63,984 nucleotides of DNA, filler included, from Octopus bimaculoides (GCF_001194135.2; 7 parts of 7 records of this genome joined end to end with filler, not necessarily neighbours in it), one strand, 5' to 3'. Positions 51,035 through 63,600 are shown, counted from the whole stretch's first letter. The notes: a model not told the origin generated them from the letters alone. Numbers and translations: made by a program.

Positions 51035-51669
51035 GCACGTATATATAAATAAATTTGCTTAAGTGGAAACTAAGTATNNNNNNNNNNAAGAGATTTAAAT
51101 TAAACTGAAATTTTGGTTTTACAAGAATCTGAGTCACGAACAGCACAATGGTGGGGGTGATGGTGGTGGTCGCCGTGGTCGTGGTGGCATTGATATGGCT
51201 GTAATGGTGGTGGTCTGGTGGTGGTGGGAGTGGTAGTGATCATAGTAATGATGGTGGTAGTGATGGTGATGGTGATCGTGGGGCTGATGATACTGGTGGT
51301 AGTAGTGGTGACACTGGTCTGACTGTCCTGGTGGTTGTGGTGGTGGTGGGAGTGGTATGTAAAATGGTGATGATGATGATTATGAACAATTTGGTGACTA
51401 TGAGAAAGTTTGTATTGTCATGTCATTAATACATTGGACAGTTGTGATAAAGGTATCAGTGTCCAGTGGCCATTCGCTGCACTGGACACAGCTGTAACTA
51501 ATGCTCCTAGATATGACCTACATCAACCATTTCTGGGTTTTAAATTGCTCTTAAATTACACAGACAGGTGTGCATGTATGTATGTCAGGTTGCTCTTGGG
51601 TGCTTCTGGTAACATGTAACCCAGTACAACCTGCTGCCTGGTTGGGTCATCGGTGACTAAACTGACAAC

Positions 51670-51722
51670 CCCAACCAGAATCTTGCTCTTTTCTGAACTG
51701 ATTTCCATCCTGTATACACCTG
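51670..51722 (-). mobile_element. Tiny RTE-type RT fragment
   Basis: YRMEISSEKSKILV resembles the RT motif YGMEIS.EK.K.LV. Confidence 0.35.
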
Positions 51723-51957
51723 CACACACACACACAGACACACACACACACATGCACACATGTACATACACACATACACACACACATACAAAACCAACTC
51801 CTCGACTCTACCTGCCCACCAAATGAGAATGTCGTTAAACCAGTCTGCTATCTAACTCAACATCTTATCTTACCTGGTACAGGTGTAATTAAGAATTGAC
51901 TTTAATTAAACTTAAACAAAGCATCATCTAAAAAGAATTGTCTGTGCTTTCTTCCAG

Positions 51958-52014
51958 ATTCTAATAATATGGGATGGATGACTGCTGCCCCAGTTTTGTG
52001 CCCTAGATCCCATG
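51958..52014 (+). CDS. Candidate exon E6 (D-SNNMGWMTAAPVLCPRSH-G)
   Basis: Acceptor gtctgtgctttcttccag; donor ATG|gtgagg; 57 nt, phase 1 to 1. Confidence 0.55.
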
Positions 52015-52143
52015 GTGAGGGTATCACATTGACCCCTGTCTGGCTATATTTCCCATTACAGACAGTCTTGAACCTATGCAGCCTTACAGTCTCTTCACTA
52101 CAACTTATGGGAACTTAGCCATTTTAACATATTGATCTCTCTC

Positions 52144-52221
<78 letters not shown>

Positions 52222-52304
52222 ACTCTTTCTGTATAATGACGACAATGTCCTTTGCTTCAATATACATGCAACAGAGAGACTTACACAATGATGCTACAAA
52301 GTTG

Positions 52305-52339
<35 letters not shown>

Positions 52340-52484
52340 TGTTCCAACACAGTCACTACAGCCGTATGTCAAAAGAGACTCAAATATGTAAACACTGAAC
52401 ACTTGGGCAACACAGCAGAACACACTATTATATTTTGAGTTACTTCATATTTTTATCCATTGCAACATATATCGTCGTCCTCAT

Positions 52485-52780
52485 CATCATTTAACGTCCA
52501 TTGTCCATGCTGGCATGGGTTGGACGGTTGACCAGGGCTGACCAGCTGGAAGGCTGCACCAGACTCCAATCTGATTTGGAATGGTTTTCTATGGTTGGAT
52601 ACCCTTACTAACACCAACCACTCCAAGAGTGTAATGGGTGCTTTTACGTGCCACTGGCACAGGTGCCATTTGCCTGACACCGGTATCTGCCACAACTGCG
52701 ATTTTGCTCAGCTTGATGGGTCTTCTGCTCAAGTACAACATAATGCCATAGGTGTTGGTCATTGCTTCCAAGAGGCCTAA
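52485..52780 (+). mobile_element. Repeat family D
   Basis: catcatcatttaacgtccattgtccatgctggcatgggttggacgg..ggctgcaccagactccaatctgatttgg. Confidence 0.88.
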
Positions 52781-52784
52781 TGCT

Positions 52785-52884
52785 NNNNNNNNNNNNNNNN
52801 NNNNNNNNNNNNNNNNNNNNNNNNNNNNTTAATTAATTAANNNNNNNNNNNNNNNNNNNNNNNNNNNNNNNNNNNNNNNNNNNN
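52785..52884. other. Assembly join pad N44-TTAATTAATTAA-N44
   Basis: Exact pad structure. Confidence 0.95.
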
Positions 52885-53214
52885 ATATATATATATATAT
52901 ATGCATGTATATGTACATGTATCCCTGTGTGTATAAGGTTGTACTTCTTCCAGAATTTCTTTTCATGACTCTCAGAATCTAGACTATCATCTATGTCGGT
53001 GCCATTGTCTGTGTTGTCTTTGTATCGACCCGTCTGTATGTTTTTAATCATGTAATGCAATGATATATATACTCAATACGTCGTAAAAAGGTACGCCATT
53101 TTGTTTGCAACTTAAATGTATGGTCCATTATAATTCAATGATAGATTTCTATTCACAAACACTGCTTTTATACATGGTTATGTGTGTGTGTATGTGTGTG
53201 TGTGTGTGTGTGTA

Positions 53215-53255
<41 letters not shown>

Positions 53256-56200
53256 NNNNNNNNNNNNNNNNNNNNNNNNNNNNNNNNNNNNNNNNNNNNN
53301 NNNNNNNNNNNNNNNNNNNNNNNNNNNNNNNNNNNNNNNNNNNNNNNNNNNNNNNNNNNNNNNNNNNNNNNNNNNNNNNNNNNNNNNNNNNNNNNNNNNN
53401 NNNNNNNNNNNNNNNNNNNNNNNNNNNNNNNNNNNNNNNNNNNNNNNNNNNNNNNNNNNNNNNNNNNNNNNNNNNNNNNNNNNNNNNNNNNNNNNNNNNN
53501 NNNNNNNNNNNNNNNNNNNNNNNNNNNNNNNNNNNNNNNNNNNNNNNNNNNNNNNNNNNNNNNNNNNNNNNNNNNNNNNNNNNNNNNNNNNNNNNNNNNN
53601 NNNNNNNNNNNNNNNNNNNNNNNNNNNNNNNNNNNNNNNNNNNNNNNNNNNNNNNNNNNNNNNNNNNNNNNNNNNNNNNNNNNNNNNNNNNNNNNNNNNN
53701 NNNNNNNNNNNNNNNNNNNNNNNNNNNNNNNNNNNNNNNNNNNNNNNNNNNNNNNNNNNNNNNNNNNNNNNNNNNNNNNNNNNNNNNNNNNNNNNNNNNN
53801 NNNNNNNNNNNNNNNNNNNNNNNNNNNNNNNNNNNNNNNNNNNNNNNNNNNNNNNNNNNNNNNNNNNNNNNNNNNNNNNNNNNNNNNNNNNNNNNNNNNN
53901 NNNNNNNNNNNNNNNNNNNNNNNNNNNNNNNNNNNNNNNNNNNNNNNNNNNNNNNNNNNNNNNNNNNNNNNNNNNNNNNNNNNNNNNNNNNNNNNNNNNN
54001 NNNNNNNNNNNNNNNNNNNNNNNNNNNNNNNNNNNNNNNNNNNNNNNNNNNNNNNNNNNNNNNNNNNNNNNNNNNNNNNNNNNNNNNNNNNNNNNNNNNN
54101 NNNNNNNNNNNNNNNNNNNNNNNNNNNNNNNNNNNNNNNNNNNNNNNNNNNNNNNNNNNNNNNNNNNNNNNNNNNNNNNTATATATATATATATATATAT
54201 GCATGTGTGGGCACAGGACGTTGCGAAACGTGTACAACCAAAATACGAAGTACGAGTACATGGAATATGAACTAATTTTTCGAACAACGAAAGACACAAA
54301 TGGAAAACAAAACAAACAACGCAAAAAACGACTCTTTATCAGTTGTTGGCAGTTTTTCTACTCTCGTATTTTGAGTATTCAACAACAAGATATGCTTCCG
54401 ATTAAACACTTGGTCCCGCAAAGCAAATTAAATAAAATTTGTGATTTTACGGAGGGTCAAAATTGTTAACGCAAACAGGACAGTGAAAATAATCGGGAAG
54501 CGCTGCTAAGCCTATACGAGGTTGTGATAGTGAATGCGTAAATCAAGATTGGACAGGAGACAGGCAAGAACACGTCTTCCTTGATCCAGCTACAACGGAT
54601 AGAAAGAAAGAAAAACGAAAGTTAGAAGAAAGATGGCCGATGATCACGTGGTATCCACGTGAGCAAGGGAGAAAGAGTGAGTGAGTAAGAGTGACAGACA
54701 GAGAACTGTGGAGGGAAGGGAAAAAATTGGAGATAGGATAAGTGAGAAAAAAACAAAAGGAGAGAAGGGGAGAAAGAAAGATAGAAAAATCGAAAGAGTA
54801 ATAGGATAGAATAATAGAAGAGGAGGTAAAAGAATGAGGGAATGAGAGAAACACGAAAGAGTAAAAAGATAGTAGAGTGCGCATCAGAATTATTAAGATA
54901 AACCTTACTTGGAAGAGGATGCGTGGAGTTCAATCATATATTAATAGAAACATTATATATATATATGCATANNNNNNNNNNTGTATGTATGTATATATAT
55001 ACATATACATACACATGCATACACAAGCACACGCGCACGCCTGCTACAGATTAGCAGCTTTTAATCATTAAGATTAGTGTCTGTCTTTATGTCAGTAAAT
55101 ATTTTCAAGTGTATAGGCTTGTATGTGTGTGTGTGTGTGTGTGTGTTTGTGTGTGTGCGTGTTTGTGTGAGAAAAACAGAGAAACAGAGAAGACAGACAT
55201 GCAGGCAGACAGGCAGACAACCAGGCAGACAAACAAGCAGACAGACAGACAGACAGACAGAGTGAACGATGCATTTGCTGCTACCGTACTTATTGTTTAG
55301 TCTCAAGTTCACTCTCGCCATGAATAAACAGAACTACATTGCCATATATGTCGGCAAGGTGTGATGTCAGATGGATTTTACTGCTCGTTTGAAAGTGTCT
55401 CGGGCATGAGTCTAATTATTATATCATGTAACCCAATATTAAACTTGTTATAGTAATGGGGTACCATACTATATAATTCGTTGGATACGTTCATGACCAA
55501 CTGTTTATACAAAGACAGACAGCATGATATGCACAAACACACACAAACGCACATATATATATATATATATATATATATANNNNNNNNNNNNNNNNNNNNN
55601 NNNNNNNNNNNNNNNNNNNNNNNNNNNNNNNNNNNNNNNNNNNNNNNNNNNNNNNNNNNNNNNNNNNNNNNNNNNNNNNNNNNNNNNNNNNNNNNNNNNN
55701 NNNNNNNNNNNNNNNNNNNNNNNNNNNNNNNNNNNNNNNNNNNNNNNNNNNNNNNNNNNNNNNNNNNNNNNNNNNNNNNNNNNNNNNNNNNNNNNNNNNN
55801 NNNNNNNNNNNNNNNNNNNNNNNNNNNNNNNNNNNNNNNNNNNNNNNNNNNNNNNNNNNNNNNNNNNNNNNNNNNNNNNNNNNNNNNNNNNNNNNNNNNN
55901 NNNNNNNNNNNNNNNNNNNNNNNNNNNNNNNNNNNNNNNNNNNNNNNNNNNNNNNNNNNNNNNNNNNNNNNNNNNNNNNNNNNNNNNNNNNNNNNNNNNN
56001 NNNNNNNNNNNNNNNNNNNNNNNNNNNNNNNNNNNNNNNNNNNNNNNNNNNNNNNNNNNNNNNNNNNNNNNNNNNNNNNNNNNNNNNNNNNNNNNNNNNN
56101 NNNNNNNNNNNNNNNNNNNNNNNNNNNNNNNNNNNNNNNNNNNNNNNNNNNNNNNNNNNNNNNNNNNNNNNNNNNNNNNNNNNNNNNNNNNNNNNNNNNN

Positions 56201-56471
56201 NNNNNNNNNNNNNNNNNNNNNNNNNNNNNNNNNNNNNNNNNNNNNNNNNNNNNNNNNNNNNNNNNNNNNNNNTTTTTTTTTTTTCAATATTTATTTTTAC
56301 TTGCAATGGCCCGTACTTTTGGTCAAACTATCGTATCTCAAGCTGCTTCAGATGGCAAGGTGTCAAAGATTGTCAAACTATAGTTCAAATGTTTTGCTAT
56401 GGAATGGTGATGCTATTTTGGTGTTTTCTGAGAAAGCAACGTTTTGGGCTTACGAAATTTTTGCATTATAG

Positions 56472-56508
<37 letters not shown>

Positions 56509-56675
56509 CAGTGAAATCCGTAACAATCGAGTCAGTATATCCAGTGGTAATCTGCGTGGTGTGCTGGTATGTAGATGAGATGTACAGAAAGTTCCGAAAG
56601 TAGTTAAAATATTTAAGTCCAAGGAGTAGGAGTTTAAAGCAGGATAGAACTGAGGTGACCGCTTGAATGTATAAT

Positions 56676-56835
56676 ATATAATTGAAATTTAGAGAAAAAT
56701 AAAAGACGAAGAGAGGTGTCTGAACAACGAGCAAGTGTTTGACGCTCGGGAAAGTGAAAGACACTTTTACGTTTCAAACTTACGCTCTTCAACAGCATGG
56801 ACATGCTTGACCGTTATATATGCAAGTTTATTTAA

Positions 56836-56927
<92 letters not shown>

Positions 56928-57085
56928 ACTCTGTTTATTTTCTCTAATTCCTTTCTGTTGAAGATCGTAGGCTCGAAACATAAAAGATTCTCACTTCCCA
57001 GAACGCCAAGCTAATACAATCGCTTCTTGTTCATGCACTTGTCTTCGTCTTTTGTTTTTCTATAAATTTCAACTATATATATATA
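56676..57085. repeat. Head-to-head inverted pair of family E repeats (about 120-130 bp each) around a (TC)n tract
   Basis: Arm 56676-56795 (-) aligns with arm 56955-57085 (+); a third partial copy lies at 25425-25510. Confidence 0.7.
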
Positions 57086-57247
57086 TATATCACTTATGGG
57101 GACACTGTATTTCGTGTCGACGAACTTCTTTCGTCGACCCTGGACTACAGTAGAACATACTTGCTCAATGTACCACGCAGTAGAACTGGAACAATGTGGT
57201 AACGAAGCGATTTTTACACCGCATTGCTTATACATACATACATATAC

Positions 57248-57302
<55 letters not shown>

Positions 57303-57449
57303 CATATACGTATGTATACTCAAACATATATACTTACACGTACATATATACATCTGTGCAGTACGAGGGTACGAGTCATAGGGATTGCGTTTTCTACATA
57401 TGTATGCGTACGTTTGTCCGTGAGAGTGTGCACGCATGTGTGCGTGTGT

Positions 57450-57491
<42 letters not shown>

Positions 57492-57792
57492 ATAAGTTAT
57501 GTGTAATTGTATGCGCACATGCATATTTATCTGCTTCGTGGCTTGGCATATGACGTTGTCTGTTTCTTACGAAATCGGTTTATACATATTAAGCTAAATA
57601 TTGTATTTAAAGTGACAGTTTAACATCATGTATGTGATACAACCTTATGTGTGATGTTGTATGCACGTGCTGCTTGTAAATATGCAACTATATAGTGTGC
57701 GTCAGTGTACATGTATGTATGTGTGTGTGTGTATTTGTGTACATATATGTGTGTGTAATTTTGTTTGTGTATGTGGGTGTGTGAGTGAGTGT

Positions 57793-58112
57793 GAAGGCAT
57801 GTGGCCAAATGGTTACGGTATCCTCCTCTCAATCGTAATCTCGTGAGTTCGATGCACGGAGACGCGTTGAGTCGTTGAACAAGACACATTAGTTTACGTT
57901 GCATCATTCCACTGGAAAAAGTCAGCTATAGCCTGTATTTCAGAAAAAAAAAAAAACAGTGTTGCCAAATTCTGTGTCATGCTGAATCTCTTTGTGGATT
58001 ACGTTAAGAATGTCTGTGGAATGCTCAGCCACCTTGCACGCTAAATCCACTAGCAGGCTGTTCTGTCGATCCGATCAACTGGAACCTTCGTCGTCGTAAC
58101 CAACAGAGTGAC
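57793..58112 (+). mobile_element. tRNA-headed SINE family C, near full length
   Basis: gaaggcatgtggccaaatggttacgg..cgtgagttcgat..gaacaagacac..ctcagccaccttgcacg..gatcaactggaaccttcgtcgtcgtaacc. Confidence 0.85.
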
Positions 58113-58114
58113 AG

Positions 58115-58155
<41 letters not shown>

Positions 58156-58205
58156 CGGTGGTGCACCAGCATGACCGCAGCCACTTGGCTGAAACACATA
58201 AATAA

Positions 58206-58241
<36 letters not shown>

Positions 58242-58249
58242 GTATGTGA

Positions 58250-58465
58250 GCGTGTGTGTTTGTCACCCGGCCATCGCTTGACAACCGATGCTGGTGTGTT
58301 TATGTCCCTGTAACAAAGCGGTTCGGCAAAATAGACTGATGGAATAAGTACTAGGCTTACAAAGAACAAGTTCTGAGGTAGATATCTCCGATTAAAAGAA
58401 ATCTTTTAAGCCGATGCTCCAGCATGGTCACAGTCAATTGACTGAAACACGTAAACGAATAAGAC
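58250..58465 (+). mobile_element. SINE family B 3' half (a further 3' end lies at about 58155-58197)
   Basis: catcgcttgacaaccgatgctggtgtgttta..gctccagcatggtcacagtc. Confidence 0.85.
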
Positions 58466-59005
58466 AATAGAAGAATATATACACACACTCATACATACAT
58501 ATACACACACACACACACACGAATACCTACTTGTATATGCGTGCATTGATTTCTCCATACTTAAGTTCTTCACGGTATGAATTCTCTAACACTTTTTGAC
58601 TTAAGCTCCTCCTTCATACACACTGACACACACCACCCATGTCTTACATTTTCACTGTCTCTTCAAGTCATATCTCATACACACTTACCCTACACTGCTG
58701 AACTAATTAACCAACACCACACACAGTGGTGTTAACATCCCACCCTTTCCAGGTCGATAACATCAGTACGAGTGGAGCTCTGGGGTCGACATAATTGACC
58801 GACCGGCTTCCCATAGGATTGCTGGTCAGTGCCAGAATGTAAAACCAGTGTTATGAGGTAGAAGAAGAAAGTAATTTAATATAATTTATGTTTGCCTTCT
58901 AACAAAAGAAGCAGAAATTTTAAAATCAGTTGTATATGCAGGTTCGTTTCCCTGGTTGCTTGATAGTTTAACGTCATATGATATGATGTACGTGTGTATA
59001 CACAT

Positions 59006-59056
<51 letters not shown>

Positions 59057-60070
59057 GAGAAAGAGGGTTGCATCTCTCTCGCTATTTTTATGCATGTATT
59101 TAAAATGAAAATGTATATAGATATGGAAAGACATTAGTCATTTGAAATTTTTCAGGAATCGACAGCAAAGGTGAACGTCCGAATGAGAAAAAAATGTGTT
59201 TAAAACAAACTGCTCTGCAATGTTAGGAAGAAAACCGACTCTACTTTGATCGATTGCACATACTGGTCAGTATTTTTATTTATTGCTTTGGTTTTTGTTA
59301 TTTTTGCTCATGCTATGGAGTTTCTTTCTTTTTGGTCCTTGGTTTTTTTTTTTATTGTGTTGAATTTTTTTGTTTTCTTTTACTTTCCGTTTTTTATCTA
59401 CACTAATTTGTTTCTCATTCAAATGTTTGTTAGCGCTTTATGTTTTGCTTGCTTTCTTTTTTTTTTACTTTTTTTTATTGCTTTTCATTGGTTTTCTCCC
59501 ATGCAGATGTTGCTCATTCTGATGATTGTTAACTTTTTGTTTGTTCTTATTTTGCTTATTTTTCACCTTTTTTATTTGCATATATATGTCTTTTCTTTTT
59601 GCCAAGTCTGATTTCGTTTTTCTTGCCTTTGTTTATTTTTGTTTCTTTTTTTACTTTCTTGCTTTTATTACGTTCGTTATCAATTATATTTGTTACTAAT
59701 GCTGATGATAGCTTTTTTCTTATTTTTGTTACACTTTGTACTTTTTGTTTTAGTTTTCCTACACTGAATTGGTGCGTATTCCAATGAATAGTGGTATATA
59801 CCTTTCGTTTTTCGGTTTCCGGAGAGGGGTTTGCCCATACAAATGTGCTATGTATTCTCATGTTTGCTTGTTGGTCTTCATTTTGCGAGCCCATACTGAT
59901 TTATTACTGATTCTGATCAATACTCATCTTCGGTCGTTTCTTGTGTCTGACAACAGAGTAACAAGGAGGTAAGCAACACAAGTTGTCAACCAGTGGGATC
60001 GAACACAACTACAAAAAGAGAGACACACAGTTACGCATATCATACATACATACACATGCATATACATATA

Positions 60071-60170
60071 NNNNNNNNNNNNNNNNNNNNNNNNNNNNNN
60101 NNNNNNNNNNNNNNTTAATTAATTAANNNNNNNNNNNNNNNNNNNNNNNNNNNNNNNNNNNNNNNNNNNN
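60071..60170. other. Assembly join pad N44-TTAATTAATTAA-N44
   Basis: Exact pad structure. Confidence 0.95.
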
Positions 60171-60211
<41 letters not shown>

Positions 60212-60332
60212 AAGAGAGAAATAGATAGAAAGATAGATAGATAGATAAATAAATAGATAGATAGATAGATAGATAGATTGATAGATGTGTGAGTATAAAT
60301 ATAAATTTATAGGTATTAGATAAATGTATATA

Positions 60333-60553
60333 TACGAGGTGGTGCTGAAATGTTCCTGGCTTTTGGTAAAAGAAAATACAGGAGGATTAGTCAATTATGA
60401 TTTCATTCAACATATTCCCCTCTCAGATTCACATAATTATGGCCACGGTCCTTCAATTTTTCTAAGCTCTCTAATAGAACTCAGAAGGTTAGGCTTCCAA
60501 TCAGGCCTTTTGCGACACCCTTAAAACCAGGAACGTCTCAGCAACCACTCGTA
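60333..60553. mobile_element. Mariner-derived MITE (221 bp)
   Basis: TIRs tacgaggtggtgctgaaatgttcctggctttt and reverse complement tacgagtggttgctgagacgttcctggtttt; internal minus-strand transposase C-terminal remnant (..VNLRGEYVE*). Confidence 0.85.
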
Positions 60554-60575
60554 AATATATACGCATATGTATATA

Positions 60576-61800
60576 TACGAGACCGGCTAAGAAGTTCGTT
60601 GGTTTACCAAGATACTCTCATGAAATGTGACCAAATGAGATTTATTTTTTAACATAGTTCCCCTTGCGATCTACACACTCTTTCCATCGGTGTTGAAGAT
60701 TTCAACCAGTGGGTCAAAAAAATATCATCAACAGTAGATACGACGTCATCATCACTGCGATACTGCTTCCCTGCTAAGTGATTTTTCATGTTGGGGAAAA
60801 CGAAATTCCAGCCAACTGAGGAGAACCAGTTCAAAGCCGCAGTCACACACAGAAGCCACTGAAAGTAATGATTTGTGTCCTGGAGCATTATTCTGAAGAA
60901 GCAAGACAGTTTTCGTCAGTTTGCCTAGGTGTTTGGTCTTCCGTAGCCTTTCGTAACTGCCCCAACAAGTTGACATAGTACTCATTATTGATGGTGTAGC
61001 CCTTTTGAAGATAGTCAATAAACACAATGTTTTTTGCTCCCCAAAAAACTGAAGCCATCACTTGCCCTGGAGATGAAACGACATTGGCCTTCTTTGGAAC
61101 GGGTGAGGAGGAGTGTTTCCACTACATAGATTGTCTCTGGCTCAATGTGATGAAACCATGACTCATCCTGGATTAGGAAACGTTCAAGTAAACGGGCTTG
61201 ATCTGCCTGACAGAATGTCAGATTTTCCCGTGATGTGATCAGCCTGGTTCGCTTTTGAACACGTGTCAGAAAATGTGGCACCCACTGAGCAGAAACCTTC
61301 ACCATGCCAAGCTCATTGAGCAGAATATTTTCAACTCTCTCACAGGATATGCTAATAGCATTAGCTATTTGATTTACAGTTAATCGCCTGTCTTCCATAG
61401 CCATGTGATGAACACAATCAATGTTTCCCTTGGTGGTGACAGTTGCAAGACATCCAGACCTTGGGTCATTTTCAAAACTCTCCGTTCCACTCCTAAATTC
61501 AATTGCCTGCTTTTGCAATGTTGCTAAAGCTGGAGCATCATCCGTTGAGGTAGCATACATGAATGTCATTGGGGGTTAAAGCCTTTTTCTGCAGGTACTT
61601 GATAACAGCACGATGCCAGAATTTGTCTATATTCAAGAGAAGTCGCTACTAGTTACTTCTGAACAGCCAGATGTCAGCTTATCTAGAAAACAAACAATGC
61701 GGTTATTAATAAGAGAGTTGAAATTAATGCATACAATATTTTACAGCATTACCATCACTCCCTCATAGTCAGTCTGTGAATTTTTCAGCCAATCCTCATA
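60576..61800 (-). mobile_element. Near-complete mariner (about 1.2 kb), frameshifted transposase
   Basis: EFRSGTESFENDPRSG..DRRLTVNQIA..VSAQWVPHFLT..FLIQDESWFHHIEPET..LLLQNNAPGHKS..HLAGKQYRSDDDVV; degenerate TIRs and TA at both ends. Confidence 0.93.
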
Positions 61801-61827
61801 CATGTGTGTGTATGTATATATATATAT

Positions 61828-61882
<55 letters not shown>

Positions 61883-62503
61883 TATNNNNNNNNNNNNNNN
61901 NNNNNNNNNNNNNNNNNNNNNNNNNNNNNNNNNNNNNNNNNNNNNNNNNNNNNNNNNNNNNNNNNNNNNNNNNNNNNNNNNNNNNNNNNNNNNNNNNNNN
62001 NNNNNNNNNNNNNNNNNNNNNNNNNNNNNNNNNNNNNNNNNNNNNNNNNNNNNNNNNNNNNNNNNNNNNNNNNNNNNNNNNNNNNNNNNNNNNNNNNNNN
62101 NNNNNNNNNNNNNNNNNNNNNNNNNNNNNNNNNNNNNNNNNNNNNNNNNNNNNNNNNNNNNNNNNNNNNNNNNNNNNNNNNNNNNNNNNNNNNNNNNNNN
62201 NNNNNNNNNNNNNNNNNNNNNNNNNNNNNNNNNNNNNNNNNNNNNNNNNNNNNNNNNNNNNNNNNNNNNNNNNNNNNNNNNNNNNNNNNNNNNNNNNNNN
62301 NNNNNNNNNNNNNNNNNNNNNNNNNNNNNNNNNNNNNNNNNNNNNNNNNNNNNNNNNNNNNNNNNNNNNNNNNNNNNNNNNNNNNNNNNNNNNNNNNNNN
62401 NNNNNNNNNNNNNNNNNNNNNNNNNNNNNNNNNNNNNNNNNNNNNNNNNNNNNNNNNNNNNNNNNNNNNNNNNNNNNNNNNNNNNNNNNNNNNNNNNNNN
62501 NNN

Positions 62504-62543
<40 letters not shown>

Positions 62544-62858
62544 GGCGCAGGAGTAGCTGTCTGGTAAGTAGCTTACTTACCAACCACATGGGTTCAGTCC
62601 CATTGCGTGGCACCTTGGGCGAATGTCTTCCACTATAGCCTCGGGCCGACCAGAGCCTTGTGAGAAACTAAAAGAAGCCCGTCGTATATATATATGTATG
62701 TATATATTTGTGTGTCTGTGTTTGTCCCACAACATCGCTTGACAACCGATGCTGGTGTGTTTACGTCCCCATCACCGAGCGGTTCGGCAAGAGAGACCGA
62801 TAGAATAAGTACTAGGCTTTCAAAGAATAAATCCTGGGGTCGATTTGCTCGACTAAAG
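62544..62858 (+). mobile_element. SINE family B inserted in (TA)n, cut by a join pad
   Basis: ggcgcaggagtagctgtctggtaag..gggttcagtcccattgcgtggcacc..ggggtcgatttgctcgactaaag. Confidence 0.93.
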
Positions 62859-62958
62859 NNNNNNNNNNNNNNNNNNNNNNNNNNNNNNNNNNNNNNNNNN
62901 NNTTAATTAATTAANNNNNNNNNNNNNNNNNNNNNNNNNNNNNNNNNNNNNNNNNNNN
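62859..62958. other. Assembly join pad N44-TTAATTAATTAA-N44
   Basis: Exact pad structure. Confidence 0.95.
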
Positions 62959-62998
62959 TTAAACACATAAACACACTATACGATCATGTAATCAGTAT

Positions 62999-63164
62999 AG
63001 GGAGGAGATACGCCACTGTGGAGGTGCGTTTCACAACGGAGGAGGAAGCAAATAAAGCACTCCACAGGGGCAATAAGGACAGAGGAATGGGTGCTCTTGC
63101 CTTCGTATTGCGGCAAACGTGTGGCCAAGGTGCGAGTGAGTAAGGTGCCATCGGAACTGAAACT
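62999..63164 (+). mobile_element. Internal fragment resembling a LINE ORF1, between 40-bp direct repeats
   Basis: GRRYATVEVRFTTEEEA and, after a frameshift, EEWVLLPSYCGKRVAKVRVSKVP; the family assignment (L1/Tx1-like ORF1) is from memory. Confidence 0.5.
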
Positions 63165-63224
63165 TTAAACACATCAACACACTATACGATCACGCAATCA
63201 GTATGCGTGCGCGCAACGATCGGA

Positions 63225-63600
63225 AGTTGTGGTGGACTAGCATCGAAAGATCGCCCCCATCAAGCTAAATGAAATCATAGCCATGGTCAATGCCAGTGTT
63301 GTCTAACTGGCACCCATACCAGTGGCACGATAAAAAGCACTGTTTGGACATTGGGCCTCACGGAGACAGTAACAAATGACCAAGACCTTTGGCAGTATGC
63401 TGGGCTTGAGAAGAAGACCCATCAAGCTGAATGAAATTGTAGTCGTGGCCGATGCCAGTGCCACATAACTCACAGCCATACTGGTGGCACGTAAAAGGCA
63501 CCGTTTGGTCAATGGGCTTCATGGAAGCAGTGACGAGTGCCTCTGGGGGATATTACTGTACTTGAGACGATCTGTCAAGCCAAGTGAGATCGTAGCCATG
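63225..63600 (-). mobile_element. Repeat family D internal region
   Basis: gcttgagaagaagacccatcaagctg..gtggcacgtaaaaggcacc, as at 43200-43310. Confidence 0.8.

Noticed and set aside
57116-57138. 9-bp hairpin gtcgacgaa/ttcgtcgac
   Set aside because: It is too short and isolated to distinguish from chance.
59950-59975. 12-nt micro-exon AGTAACAAGGAG|gtaagc and nearby 39-nt candidate at about 59227
   Set aside because: They are not phase-compatible with E6 and have no independent support.
26935-62638. ORFs of 150-454 aa dominated by X
   Set aside because: They read through N gaps and carry no coding information.
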